Positions 29,453-39,214 are shown, counted from the first letter of the stretch. The stretch: 64,000 bases of DNA from Candidatus Aenigmatarchaeota archaeon (GCA_016932615.1 JAFGCN010000009.1:146167-210166), one strand, 5' to 3'. Made by a program: numbers and translations. The notes: a model not told the origin generated them from the letters alone.

Positions 29453-30299
29453 GGGTGAAGAAACCGGGACTATCCCGATAGAGGATGTAAAGCGTCTCAA
29501 GTCCCAGGGAAAGGCAGACAGAGAGATAATAGTAGAGTTGAAAAAGCAGGGCCACTCTTTCGAGTCGATAGAAAAGGCGATGCTTCAGGTTTTAAGAAAC
29601 AGCCCCGGCCAGCAGCCGCTTCAGGGCGGCATGAACCCCGGGATGAACCCGGGAATGGCTCCCCGGCCAGGAATGGGCCCTGGAGGTCCGCCTCAGCAGA
29701 GGGGGCCAATGGGGCCTCCAATGGGCGGCCAGCAGGGATTCCAGGGAGGGGGCGGACCCGGAATGGCTGGCGCAAGGCTGCCTTACCCTCAGCAGGGTAT
29801 GCAGGGGGGACCGCCTCAGGGAATGGTGCAGCGTCCAATGGGCATGGCTCCCCAGCAGATGCCGCCCCAGGCGCCAAACCTTGCGACAAGGGAAACGCTG
29901 ATGCCTCAGCCGAATATGAATATCCAGGTTGGTGGCGGCGTTGTCCCTTTGGAGGCAGAGGCAGGGAACCCGACAGACATAATAGAGGAGGTTGTCGAAG
30001 GAGTCGTCGAGGAAAAGTTCGAGAAGGCCGACCAGAAGTTTGAGTTTTTGAATAAGGAGCTTGGCAAGATTCGCGAGGAAAACGAGTCCCTGAAAAACCT
30101 GATGCTTTCTTCCCTTCAGAAGAGGGACAAGAATCTGGACGAGCTTAAGCAGAGCTTATCCGCAACCAAGGAGGAGCTTGAAGATATGGTCATAAAATGC
30201 AACGCGCTTGAAAAGGCATTCAAGCAGTTCCTGCCGGAGCTTGCGGAAAAGGTGCGAACGCAAAATACTGAGAAGAAGGTTGAAACGACTCCGCAATAG
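29430..30299 (+). CDS. Protein with helical N-domain, G/P/Q/M low-complexity linker and C-terminal coiled coil
   Basis: IPIEDVKRLKSQG...IEKAM, then ~100 aa of GPPQQRGPMGPPMGG-type sequence, then IIEEVVEGVVEEKF...LEKAFKQFLP. Confidence 0.75.
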   Translation: MHLPFGHKGEETGTIPIEDVKRLKSQGKADREIIVELKKQGHSFESIEKAMLQVLRNSPGQQPLQGGMNPGMNPGMAPRPGMGPGGPPQQRGPMGPPMGGQQGFQGGGGPGMAGARLPYPQQGMQGGPPQGMVQRPMGMAPQQMPPQAPNLATRETLMPQPNMNIQVGGGVVPLEAEAGNPTDIIEEVVEGVVEEKFEKADQKFEFLNKELGKIREENESLKNLMLSSLQKRDKNLDELKQSLSATKEELEDMVIKCNALEKAFKQFLPELAEKVRTQNTEKKVETTPQ

Positions 30300-30345
30300 T
30301 TATCCCTATAGAAAGAATCAAATACAATACTTTTGAGGATATATT

Positions 30346-31929
30346 ATGGTTGATTTTGGACGTCCTGAACTTGGCTTTAGGTTTCACCATGCTGTGGAAA
30401 TACTAAATGACGCAATCAGAAACGAGCCCGCCCTTAGGAAATTCAGGGAAAAGAATTTTATCGTGAAAGACGAAACTATCCTGAATCATGACCATCAACT
30501 AAATGAGATGTGCAAGGTCTTGGGTTATTCTTATCTGCCCCATAATGCTAATAAGGTAGTTTCTGAGATATGGAATATTTACGGTGCCGTATTTGAGTTT
30601 GTAGATCACTTCGAGCGGGATGGCTACTCCAAGGCAGGGGGACCTTCAGACGTTTTATGGAAAACCGACTCGGTTAATGTACTTTCCGAACTGCGCCAGC
30701 GCCTTGCTGGAGAGGGAATTACAGAGCAGCACCTCACTGCCGCCCTTTCCGGTTTTGGGGGGCATGGCGGCGGAGGTGGAGGGGGCGCCGCTCCGGCTGG
30801 CTCGAACCCGGCAGAAGGCGCGGCGCATGAAGCAAAAAACGCAGCGGAAAAAGCTGAGGAAGCTGCGGAAAAGGTAGAGGAAGAAGAAAAGAAGCTCGAG
30901 CTTGATGAGAAGAAAATTAAGGAAGAGGAAGAAGAGCTTAAGAAAACATTTGACAGCATAGAAAAGCACAAGCTGCACAACCTCGAGCAAAAGGAGATAA
31001 AGGAAATCGAATCGGGGGGCAAGAGGTCCTTTAGGAGGTTTTCTCTAGGTACTGTCCGTTTGATGAGCAAGATTCACTTCGACGCGTTTTTGACTCTTGG
31101 AGGAATGCTTTTTGGAGGATACCTGACTGTCGGGGGCTACTTTGTGATGGGTCTTCCCGTCTTTATTGCCTCTGCGCTTATCGGGTGGAGGAACGGATAC
31201 TTCCGCAACATTGTAAACTCATTTTTGAGGCCTGCAGGGGACTTTGCGATGAGCAGCATTCCGCTTTCGATACTTGTGTTTATTGCTGGCTGGTACTTCG
31301 TGAGGTTTTTCACAATGGCGGCAAATATCGAGATGTTTGACACCTTCCAGTTTTCCCTCATTGCTTTTGCTAATACCTTATTTTTGATTTACCTTTGGGT
31401 TGGAGCGACTCCCAAGGACACATTGCCAGTAATGTTGCCAAGAAAAGAGCCAGCGCCGTCGGGTTCCGGTGGAGGAACTCCTGCTTCGGCAAGCCCGGCA
31501 GATAAGAGGGGCGCCGAAGAGAAGACTGAGGATGGAGTGAATGGGGGTTCTGAAGGAGGGTCTAAGGAGGGTGGACCTCCAGTGGTCAGGAGACTTGGTG
31601 GAACCTCCAAGAGTGTGGGTTCAGATGCTTATTTGGACCAGCAGGACATATCCCCCGAAGAAAGGGCGCTTAGGGAACAGGAAATAGAGAACAAAATGCA
31701 GAGGGAGATGCGTGATTTCAATAATGAGCAGGAGAAGCGTACAGAGCAGAAAATGGAGTCTGCCTTTGCGGGTCTTGAAATGATGGAAAAACAGGCAGAG
31801 GAAGAGAAAAAGCTTGAGGAAGAGCGGCTCAAGAAGGAGCGAGAGGCATTTAGGGAAGAAAAGGAAATGGTAGACAAAACAGTTTCGGAGGCAAGGAGAG
31901 CGCAAAGGTCTCCTAACTCCGGGTGGTGA
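30346..31929 (+). CDS. Multi-TM membrane protein with charged coiled coils
   Basis: About 4 central hydrophobic segments flanked by E/K-rich helices and Gly-rich linkers. Confidence 0.7.
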   Translation: MVDFGRPELGFRFHHAVEILNDAIRNEPALRKFREKNFIVKDETILNHDHQLNEMCKVLGYSYLPHNANKVVSEIWNIYGAVFEFVDHFERDGYSKAGGPSDVLWKTDSVNVLSELRQRLAGEGITEQHLTAALSGFGGHGGGGGGGAAPAGSNPAEGAAHEAKNAAEKAEEAAEKVEEEEKKLELDEKKIKEEEEELKKTFDSIEKHKLHNLEQKEIKEIESGGKRSFRRFSLGTVRLMSKIHFDAFLTLGGMLFGGYLTVGGYFVMGLPVFIASALIGWRNGYFRNIVNSFLRPAGDFAMSSIPLSILVFIAGWYFVRFFTMAANIEMFDTFQFSLIAFANTLFLIYLWVGATPKDTLPVMLPRKEPAPSGSGGGTPASASPADKRGAEEKTEDGVNGGSEGGSKEGGPPVVRRLGGTSKSVGSDAYLDQQDISPEERALREQEIENKMQREMRDFNNEQEKRTEQKMESAFAGLEMMEKQAEEEKKLEEERLKKEREAFREEKEMVDKTVSEARRAQRSPNSGW

Positions 31930-33728
31930 CTATGGTAGACCAAACCGTTTTCATTGTGGGGGGCGTAGTTTTTGTCGTAATCTTAGTTTACCTTATTTCC
32001 ATACGGGACCGGCTATATTTCAAAAAGACCGATGCTGATTCCTACTGGAGAGGCGCGGGAAGAGAGCCATATAACCGGTCGCTTCCGAACGCAACAATCT
32101 GCGGCATTATAATTTCGCTTTGCACGATGCTTTTTTTGAACTACTTCCATGACTGGAACGGGCTTGGGGGGATGGTTGTAATTGACGCAGTCCTTGTTTT
32201 GCTTGTCGCTTACCCCGCGAGAAATCCCCTTCTTGCTGTTGGCGTCTTGGCTGCTTTTGTCCTTCCTGTCGGCTACTTTGGCTACGGTACTTATGCTGAA
32301 TATATAATCACGCCCCTGACAGAAGCGACGGGAGTCGAAAATTTCGATGAGCTGAAAACAATGACCTCGCACACGCTTCACTGCACACTTCTCATAATGA
32401 CCGACCAGCAGGCATACGATGAGGAGTGCGTGATGAATGACCAGCAAAAGGAGGTCGAGCAGCAGCCCGAAGACCTGGGGCTTGAAGTTACCGGCAAAAG
32501 AATCTTCCCTGAAAAGGAAATCGCTGCCGGCGACCCGATTGAGATTTCCCTTGAGTTTGAAAACCAGGGCGGCTATGAGGCAAAAAACGTGGAGATTTCG
32601 GTAGACACGACTGAAGACGTGAAATTCAGGGTCTGCGAGGAAGAGGTATTCAAGGAAGTCCTAAGTAAGCCGAGCCAGAAACACGAGCTTGTAAGGCCGA
32701 CCGAGAACGGCCAATACCGGCTTATTGGCAAGGTTTCTGACCCCTGGATGATTGACAACTGCACATACGCAAAAAACAAGCCGTTTATAACCGCGAAAAT
32801 GAGGACCCTTTTCTCGTATGACTATGAGACTGAGGCAAAGCTGCCTCTTGAGATAATAAAGAGTTTGAATGAAACCCACCAGTATAATGTTGTTACTGCA
32901 AAGGAAGCGGCAGCTCCGATGGCAATTCTCATGCACACTACAACTCCTCTTTCCGCGGAAGACACCGACTACAATTACCGTATAATACAGGTGCGGCTCC
33001 AGAAGGACTATGACGGCGGAACGATAACTTTCAGGGGCAAGTATGACACTATGGACAGCATCTACCGGGTTGGCGATGGGGCTTTGGATACACTTTACAA
33101 AGCATATGAGGATTACCCCGAAAACCCCATTTCATCTGAGTGGAAATGGATTAAGGGTTCTGAGTATTATGACTTCTGCGTTGACAAGGCAGACCCCACA
33201 AAGAGGATTTCCGCAAAAGACGCGCTTGACTGCGCAAGTGAGCATTATCAGTCATGTCAGGATGGTGAAGACCCTGCAAAAACAATTGCCGCAACCGATG
33301 CAGAGGACTGCCACAATAAGCGGGGAACGCCGGTGATAATTACCGGAGAGCCGATTTACAAGGCAAGGGCGCAAATGGAAAGGTCCGGGACGGTTATGGA
33401 TGAAGTGACAATTACTTGCGCGGGCGGCGACAACTGCCAATACCTTGCGCTAAGCTGCAATGGCCAGGCAAGCGAAGAAGAAGGAACCGGCGGCTGCATC
33501 TGCCAGGACGGGGTATGCACGATCAAGTATGTTGGCGGCAAAGGAGACCTCAGGCTGGAAAAGAAGGGCGACCCGGAAATATTATACGGGCGGCTGAAGG
33601 TTGAGGTCACTGGGTTCCCTGACGATGGCCTGTCCAATACAATCACAGTAGATCTCCGGGCAAAGGCGACGTATAATGTGCTTTACGATGACGCAACCAC
33701 TATGACTATTATAAGCCCCCACCAGTAA
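31923..33728 (+). CDS. Membrane protein with large extracellular Ig/CARDB-like, Cys-rich domain
   Basis: About 4 N-terminal TM segments; PEKEIAAGDPIEISLEFENQGGYEAKNV; start GTG 31923 or ATG 31932. Confidence 0.7.
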   Translation: MVTMVDQTVFIVGGVVFVVILVYLISIRDRLYFKKTDADSYWRGAGREPYNRSLPNATICGIIISLCTMLFLNYFHDWNGLGGMVVIDAVLVLLVAYPARNPLLAVGVLAAFVLPVGYFGYGTYAEYIITPLTEATGVENFDELKTMTSHTLHCTLLIMTDQQAYDEECVMNDQQKEVEQQPEDLGLEVTGKRIFPEKEIAAGDPIEISLEFENQGGYEAKNVEISVDTTEDVKFRVCEEEVFKEVLSKPSQKHELVRPTENGQYRLIGKVSDPWMIDNCTYAKNKPFITAKMRTLFSYDYETEAKLPLEIIKSLNETHQYNVVTAKEAAAPMAILMHTTTPLSAEDTDYNYRIIQVRLQKDYDGGTITFRGKYDTMDSIYRVGDGALDTLYKAYEDYPENPISSEWKWIKGSEYYDFCVDKADPTKRISAKDALDCASEHYQSCQDGEDPAKTIAATDAEDCHNKRGTPVIITGEPIYKARAQMERSGTVMDEVTITCAGGDNCQYLALSCNGQASEEEGTGGCICQDGVCTIKYVGGKGDLRLEKKGDPEILYGRLKVEVTGFPDDGLSNTITVDLRAKATYNVLYDDATTMTIISPHQ

Positions 33729-33735
33729 GTATAAT

Positions 33736-34098
33736 ATGGCTGAAGATTCCGTCGAGGGCTACAAGCAGGCAATACTTGTGAGGACTGACCTGAAGATGGG
33801 AAAGGGAAAGATTGCCGCCCAGGCGTCGCACGCAAGTCTGGCTGCCTATGAAAAGGTGGATTCCAGAATAAAGCGCAAATGGAAGGCGCAGGGCTGCAAG
33901 AAGATTGTTCTTAAGGTGAATGGCGAAAAAGAGCTTTTGGCTTTTCGGCGCATGGCGGGAGAGAGGGGCCTGCCAAATGAGCTGATAATGGACGCGGGCC
34001 TGACTCAGATACCTTCTTCAACAATAACCTGCCTTGGGATAGGGCCTGCCGAGGAGGAAAGAGTTGATAAACTGGTCGGCAATTTGAAGCTATTGTAG
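33736..34098 (+). CDS. pth2: Peptidyl-tRNA hydrolase (archaeal Pth2)
   Basis: KQAILVRTDLKMGKGKIAAQASHA, KKIVLKV, DAGLTQI, GIGP motifs. Confidence 0.96.
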   Translation: MAEDSVEGYKQAILVRTDLKMGKGKIAAQASHASLAAYEKVDSRIKRKWKAQGCKKIVLKVNGEKELLAFRRMAGERGLPNELIMDAGLTQIPSSTITCLGIGPAEEERVDKLVGNLKLL

Positions 34099-34107
34099 GA
34101 TAATTTT

Positions 34108-34824
34108 ATGCTATACCTGATTGGAGCGGGGCTGTGGGATGAGGGAGACATAGCCCTCAAAGGTCTTGAAGCTGCCCGGAAGTGCAGCAGGGTTTATTTT
34201 GAGAGGTACACAAGCTTGTGGAAGGGAGACCTTGAAAAGATTGGGCTGAAGGCAGAGGATTTTGCCAGGCCTGACATGGAGGATAATATGTCAAAACTCA
34301 TTGGCGAGGCAAAGGAAAAAGATGTATGTGTTCTCGTGCCGGGTGACCCCCTGATTGCCACGACGCACTCGTCAATCATTACTGAAGCCAGAAAGGAGGG
34401 CGTTAAGGTGGAAGTAATCCACTCAAGCTCCATATTTTCAGCCCTTGGCGAGACGGGCCTGCAGGTCTACAAGTTTGGCAGGACTGCCACGATTCCCCAC
34501 TACGAGACCGATGCGCCATATAAGATTTTGGAGCAGAACCTGTGGATAGGGGCGCACTCTCTCTTTTTGCTGGATATTCAGGGCCAGGAGCTTATGAAGT
34601 GCTCGGAAGGGCTAAAGAAGCTTCTTGAGATGGAGGGGCGGGGCAAAAAGGGCATAATCTCCGAGGACACGGAAGTGCTTGTCTTTTGCAGGGCAGGAAG
34701 CCCCGAAAAAGCGCTGAAGTGGGGCAAAGTCCGGGATTTTCTTGATTTTGACTGCACATTATGCGTGATTATTGTCCCGGGGCCGCTTCATTTTGCTGAG
34801 AGGGAGTACTTAGAGCAGCTTTAA
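34108..34824 (+). CDS. dph5: Diphthine synthase
   Basis: MLYLIGAGL, ERYTS, PGDPLIATTH, GLQVYKFGRTATIP, HSLFLLDI. Confidence 0.95.
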   Translation: MLYLIGAGLWDEGDIALKGLEAARKCSRVYFERYTSLWKGDLEKIGLKAEDFARPDMEDNMSKLIGEAKEKDVCVLVPGDPLIATTHSSIITEARKEGVKVEVIHSSSIFSALGETGLQVYKFGRTATIPHYETDAPYKILEQNLWIGAHSLFLLDIQGQELMKCSEGLKKLLEMEGRGKKGIISEDTEVLVFCRAGSPEKALKWGKVRDFLDFDCTLCVIIVPGPLHFAEREYLEQL

Positions 34825-34861
34825 AGATGGGGTTTTAAGTTTATTTCCTAACCTACTTTAT

Positions 34862-35126
34862 GCCCCTGTAGTCTAGCTCGGTCCAGGATATCGCCCTTTC
34901 GAGCAGGCCCTTCTTTGAAAAGGAGGCCTGGCGCACCCAAGAAAACATATTTCAAGGGATGGGAAAGGTTTGAGGCCGAACAGGCCGATGACAAGGAGAC
35001 AGGCGGAGACCCGGGGTCATTCCTTCTTTTAGAAAAAGAAGGTCTGACAACTCCAAGAAAAGGAGGTTACCGCTTCGCGAAATTCAGACGTGAAGTGGGT
35101 AGGGAATTCAAATCCCGGCAGGGGCA
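34862..35126 (+). tRNA. tRNA-Glu(TTC) with two introns: 34902-35000 (37/38, 99 nt) and 35016-35106 (53/54, 91 nt)
   Basis: Acceptor GCCCCTG/CAGGGGC; anticodon arm TCGCC-CTTTCG|A-GGCGG; T arm CCGGG|TTCAAAT-CCCGG; spliced length 75 nt; relaxed bulge-helix motifs at both junction pairs; no encoded CCA. Confidence 0.9.
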
Positions 35127-35167
35127 AATTTCAAATTCAGTCTTTTAAACTAAATAGTGATTTATAG

Positions 35168-35359
35168 ATGGAAGGAACAGTAAAATTCTTCAATGTAATG
35201 AAGAACTTTGGGTTCATAAGCGGTGAAGACGGAAAGGACTACTTTGTTCACTCAAGCGCGTTGAAAGAAGGCACTATGCTTGGCGAGGGAGACAAGGTTT
35301 CTTTTGAGCCGGTACGAGGCGACAAAGGAATGAAGGCAGAAAAAGTTCAGAAATTATAG
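35168..35359 (+). CDS. csp: Cold-shock domain protein
   Basis: GTVKFFN..KNFGFI (RNP1) and DYFVHSS (RNP2). Confidence 0.95.
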   Translation: MEGTVKFFNVMKNFGFISGEDGKDYFVHSSALKEGTMLGEGDKVSFEPVRGDKGMKAEKVQKL

Positions 35360-35570
35360 TTCTAGTGCGGAAATATAGTTTTGAGACAAATGAGTTTAGT
35401 TTTGGTTTTTGCAGGTTTTTTGAAGTATTGGGTTTTGGCTCGTCCCTGAAGGACGGGGTTTTGTCAGCCCGTGGGCAAATGGTTGCCTGTCCAGTTTGCA
35501 TTATCTGCCTTGAATTTTCGACAAAAAACGACATAATGCGCGTTTAAATACCCTCGGGCACGGTCTGATT

Positions 35571-36065
35571 ATGGAAGAAAAAACTTCTGGAGGGGATTTT
35601 CCGGTTCCGGCAGCTGAAAGGCCAGAGAGCCCGAAGTACGCCTCCCAGAGTTCGGATGCTGAAGAACTTATGAAACAGATTATCGCTCTGAAGAATGAAA
35701 TGGTTGACTACTGGGCTGACCGGAGGGGGGACGCTTCGGACGTAATCGGGAAGTTTTTTGGTGAAAGAGAGTACGGGTATGTTTTTACGGACAGAAGGGG
35801 ATCACCTTTGGGCTATTACACCATAAAGGTCGATTCAACAGGCAGGATCGTGGGCTACCGGGACGGGATTTCCGAAAATTCGGTCATGGTAGTTGAGGTT
35901 CCTTACGACCTTACGCGGGATATTGTCGAGGACATTTATGAGGATTCCAGATTCCCGAGGGATTGGATTTCGGCGACGATGAAGAAGGCTCCAAAGGTCG
36001 TTTCGGGGCTCAGGAAGGGCAAGGTAAAGGTTCGATCCGCTTCCCACTACAAGGGCAGAATCTAG
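35571..36065 (+). CDS. Hypothetical protein
   Basis: 164-aa ORF with TTTAAATA about 27 nt upstream and ttATG start. Confidence 0.6.
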   Translation: MEEKTSGGDFPVPAAERPESPKYASQSSDAEELMKQIIALKNEMVDYWADRRGDASDVIGKFFGEREYGYVFTDRRGSPLGYYTIKVDSTGRIVGYRDGISENSVMVVEVPYDLTRDIVEDIYEDSRFPRDWISATMKKAPKVVSGLRKGKVKVRSASHYKGRI

Positions 36066-36104
36066 GTTGGGGGTCTGGTTTGTTAAATAGCAGCGAGTAT
36101 TATT

Positions 36105-36788
36105 ATGGCTAGGAGAATTCCGGCAATTTCTGCTAAAACGGCATTTCCTGCAATACTTGCCCTTGTTTTTATCCTGGCGGCATCCTTTTGCATCCAGATG
36201 TACAACGAAAATGCGCCTTTTCCAGGCATTTCGAAAACCCCTTCGGGCACAGATGACCTGAAAAATGGCCTTGGCAATGGAGAAACTTCTTCCAGCGGCC
36301 AGAATTCTGGAGAATCGGGTGAAGAAGGCGATGAAGATGATGAAGAGGAAGAAGAAGGAGATGATAGTAGAGGCACTGGGGGAGCTCCCGGCGGAGGCGG
36401 AGGAGCTTCGGGTGATGGCGGCGGAGGTGGCGGCGCACCTTCAGCAATAATAAACTTTACTAATATCGAAGACCCGGACCCGAAAATCAGGGTAATTTCC
36501 TCCTACAAGTGCGGCTCTGACATATGTTTTCAGGTAAAGGCCGCAGACGACAACCTTGTGGATATTTCCATGTCGGGGCTTGAAACCTATATAAACAGCG
36601 AACCGGTGTCCCCTATCGACTGGGAGGGTGGTGTAAGCGGCTCTTCGTGCATTTCAACGGAATTTCTTGAGCCGGGGCAGAGCTGTTTTGGCAAGATACT
36701 TTCCGCAGAGTGCCTTTCAACGGACATCTTCAGGGTTATTATTCCACTGGGCTTCGAGGCCTGGTCATATATATCCGAATGCGGCTGA
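36105..36788 (+). CDS. Membrane-anchored secreted protein with acidic/Gly linker and Cys-containing beta domain
   Basis: N-terminal TM; EEGDEDDEEEEEGDD and poly-G linker; four Cys in the C-domain plus a terminal Cys. Confidence 0.65.
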   Translation: MARRIPAISAKTAFPAILALVFILAASFCIQMYNENAPFPGISKTPSGTDDLKNGLGNGETSSSGQNSGESGEEGDEDDEEEEEGDDSRGTGGAPGGGGGASGDGGGGGGAPSAIINFTNIEDPDPKIRVISSYKCGSDICFQVKAADDNLVDISMSGLETYINSEPVSPIDWEGGVSGSSCISTEFLEPGQSCFGKILSAECLSTDIFRVIIPLGFEAWSYISECG

Positions 36789-36833
36789 TTTTGCCCAAAA
36801 AACTAGAATTAAGAACTTTTCAATTTAAGTTAT

Positions 36834-37108
36834 GCCGAGGTGGCGGAGCGGTTAACGCGCCTGGCTTGAGTGAAGCTTTTCTTTCCAAAGAAAAGCCCCA
36901 TGCGCAAAAGAAAGGATTATTCGAAAAAGCCCCGGGCTTTTTCATAAATCCGGCGCACTTAAAGCCTAGGAAACCAGGTTCCCACAAGGAGCGCAGGTAA
37001 AGACTTTCTTTTAGAAAAAGAAAGTCCTTAACGTCAAAGAAAACCAAATTCGCATATCACCGCGAAGTTGGCTGATTGGCGGTCTGCAATCGAATCCTGC
37101 CCTCGGCG
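36834..37108 (+). tRNA. tRNA-Ser(TGA) with two introns: 36871-36972 (37/38, 102 nt) and 36999-37089 (54/55, 91 nt)
   Basis: Acceptor GCCGAGG/CCTCGGC + G73; anticodon arm CCTGG-CTTGAG|A-CCAGG; variable arm; GCAGGT|TCGAAT-CCTGC; central helices CTTG/TAGG and GCAG/CTGC with 3-nt bulges; spliced length 82 nt. Confidence 0.9.
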
Positions 37109-37128
37109 ATTATATTTCTCTCTAAATT

Positions 37129-37698
37129 ATGGACGACACAGAAAGAGCCATTGGCGTGCTAAAGCTGGGGGGAGTTATCGCTTACCCAACGGACACAGTC
37201 TACGGCCTTGGTGCAAACATCTTTGATGAGAATGCCATCAGGCGCGTTTTTGAAGTTAAAAGAAGGCCGCTTGGTAAGCCCATTTCGGTCATGGTTTCAG
37301 GCATTGAGATGCTTGAGCGGGTCGCTTACCTGTCGCCTGAAAACCGCAGTATTGCCAAAGAGCTTCTTCCGGGGCCGGTAACACTCATACTTCCTGCGAC
37401 AGAATTTGTCTCGACCCTTCTGACGGGCGGCACGGGGACAATCGGGGTGCGCTGGATTGAAAGCGATACAGTAAACAAAATTATCCTTGGCGCGGGCTTT
37501 CCGATAACAGCAACTTCGGCAAACTTGGCTGGAGGGTCGGACGCAAAGACGCCTGAAGAGCTGGCCGTGGAGCCGGATTTTGTTTTAACCGGAAACTGCG
37601 GGCTTGGGCAGCCCTCGACAGTGGTTGACCTGGTCGGAAAAAGAATCCTGAGGGAAGGCGCAGGGCTTGAAAAGGTAAAGCAGGCCTTAGAAGAATAG
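37129..37698 (+). CDS. tsaC: Threonylcarbamoyl-AMP synthase (TsaC/YrdC/Sua5 family)
   Basis: YPTDTVYGLGA, VKRRP..KPI, PGPVTLIL, ATSAN, PSTVVD. Confidence 0.94.
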   Translation: MDDTERAIGVLKLGGVIAYPTDTVYGLGANIFDENAIRRVFEVKRRPLGKPISVMVSGIEMLERVAYLSPENRSIAKELLPGPVTLILPATEFVSTLLTGGTGTIGVRWIESDTVNKIILGAGFPITATSANLAGGSDAKTPEELAVEPDFVLTGNCGLGQPSTVVDLVGKRILREGAGLEKVKQALEE

Positions 37699-37728
37699 AA
37701 GGTCTATTTTTAAATTGCAGATTAACTT

Positions 37729-38382
37729 ATGGCGAAAAGGCGCGTTCATGCAAAGGCAGAAACAGGTACTTTGAAAGAGCAGGAGGAAAAGCCAAAAAAA
37801 CCAAACAACCTGAAAATTGCCTTGTTGGGCCTGCTTGTGTTTATAATTATTTTTGGAGCATTTTTTATGGCAGGAAAAACCGCGCCTGGAAACGAAAATG
37901 CAGCCAAAAGAGTGCTTCTTGAGACTAATATGGGAAACATCACGATAGAGCTTTATTCCAATATGCCGATAACTGCCGGAAACTTCGAGAACCTTGTCAA
38001 AAATGGCACTTATGATGGGACAGTATTTCACAGGGTCATAGCCGACTTTATGATTCAGGGCGGCGACCCTACAGGAACCGGCTACGGCGACCCGAAGATT
38101 CCAAAAATCCAGGATGAGTTCGTGAACGGAAGCACAAATGTCAGGGGAACCATTTCAATGGCAAACACAGGCCAGCCGAATTCCGGCTCAAGCCAGTTTT
38201 TCATAAACCTTGTTGACAATACCTTTCTAGACTGGGACAAGCCCCCTGCATCGAGCAGGCACCCGGTTTTCGGAAAAGTCGTCGAGGGTATGGACGTCGT
38301 GGACAAAATTGGAAAAGTCCAGACCGGTCCTGGCGACAGGCCGGCAAATGAAGTCAAAATCATCCGCGCTACCGTAATTTAG
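37729..38382 (+). CDS. Membrane-anchored cyclophilin-type peptidyl-prolyl isomerase
   Basis: FHRVIADFMIQGGDPTGTG, SMANTG..NSGSSQFFIN, VFGKVVEGMDVV; N-terminal TM. Confidence 0.95.
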   Translation: MAKRRVHAKAETGTLKEQEEKPKKPNNLKIALLGLLVFIIIFGAFFMAGKTAPGNENAAKRVLLETNMGNITIELYSNMPITAGNFENLVKNGTYDGTVFHRVIADFMIQGGDPTGTGYGDPKIPKIQDEFVNGSTNVRGTISMANTGQPNSGSSQFFINLVDNTFLDWDKPPASSRHPVFGKVVEGMDVVDKIGKVQTGPGDRPANEVKIIRATVI

Positions 38383-38503
38383 CTTATTTTGGGCTTAAAC
38401 GACCTCAATTGGAAAGGATGAGTGCTGGGTCTGCCAAAACTGCGCCCAATTGTAAGGGAGAAGCTAAAGGAGATAAATTTGAAGATTTAACAGGTCTGCC
38501 AGT

Positions 38504-39214
38504 TTAGCGAAGTACTGCTCTTAGTGGCTCTCTGTGGGAATATGTTTGGTCAAGGAGAGCTATGCCACCATTAAATTTGGAAGCTGTTTCTGGAGCGTAA
38601 ATGAATGACAGTTCCTCCCCGTAAGGCCCCGGCTTTTTAACCACCTGTTCTGATAGATCTGCCAATGTACCGAAGAGGCATAAGGTCTGCAAGGCAGTTT
38701 TTCCTTTTGAATGACCGCATCTTTTTGAACTTTCTTCAGGCCTGCTTAAGGCCACCTGGTCTTTTGAGAAGTTGGAATACCCCCTACCCCCAAAACTATG
38801 CAGCATATCTAATGGAGGGGCGTATTCCTCGCTACTATTCAAGGCACCCACCAGATAGGTATTTGTACCCTTTGCAAGGAGTATGCCTTCAAGGCCAGGA
38901 TAGTCTTTGTTTCTTAGGGCATCAATGCTAGGTTTCACTAGGTCCAAAACCTGTTTTTTTAGCATATCTGTGCTTCCTTCTAGCAATTCCAATACGGGCT
39001 TTCCCTCAAAGGCACTAAGGTTAACGAGTTCTCTGGGAGTAAGAAATGCTTCACAACCATAATCTTCCCAAGTAAAGGTATCGGTCAGATGTCCTCCTCC
39101 CCACTCCAGTTGTGGCTTGGAAGAATCTTTGCAAGAGAACATGCGCTCGTAAGATTCCGTCTTGGGGAAGGCGATACCAACAAACTCGTACTGAACACCC
39201 TTTGATTTCATCAT
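38504..39214 (-). CDS. Hypothetical protein
   Basis: 236-aa ORF with TATA-like element upstream; no recognised motif. Confidence 0.55.
   Translation of the reverse strand: MMKSKGVQYEFVGIAFPKTESYERMFSCKDSSKPQLEWGGGHLTDTFTWEDYGCEAFLTPRELVNLSAFEGKPVLELLEGSTDMLKKQVLDLVKPSIDALRNKDYPGLEGILLAKGTNTYLVGALNSSEEYAPPLDMLHSFGGRGYSNFSKDQVALSRPEESSKRCGHSKGKTALQTLCLFGTLADLSEQVVKKPGPYGEELSFIYAPETASKFNGGIALLDQTYSHREPLRAVLR

Noticed and set aside
34915-35148. 77-aa ORF in the track
   Set aside because: Overlaps tRNA-Glu exons and introns and has no protein features; not an intron-encoded protein
36710-37047. Short ORFs on both strands
   Set aside because: Overlap the tRNA-Ser gene; spurious
34902-37089. Long tRNA introns as box C/D guide RNAs
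   Set aside because: CTGA occurs in the two T-arm introns, but no properly placed RTGATGA box C was found
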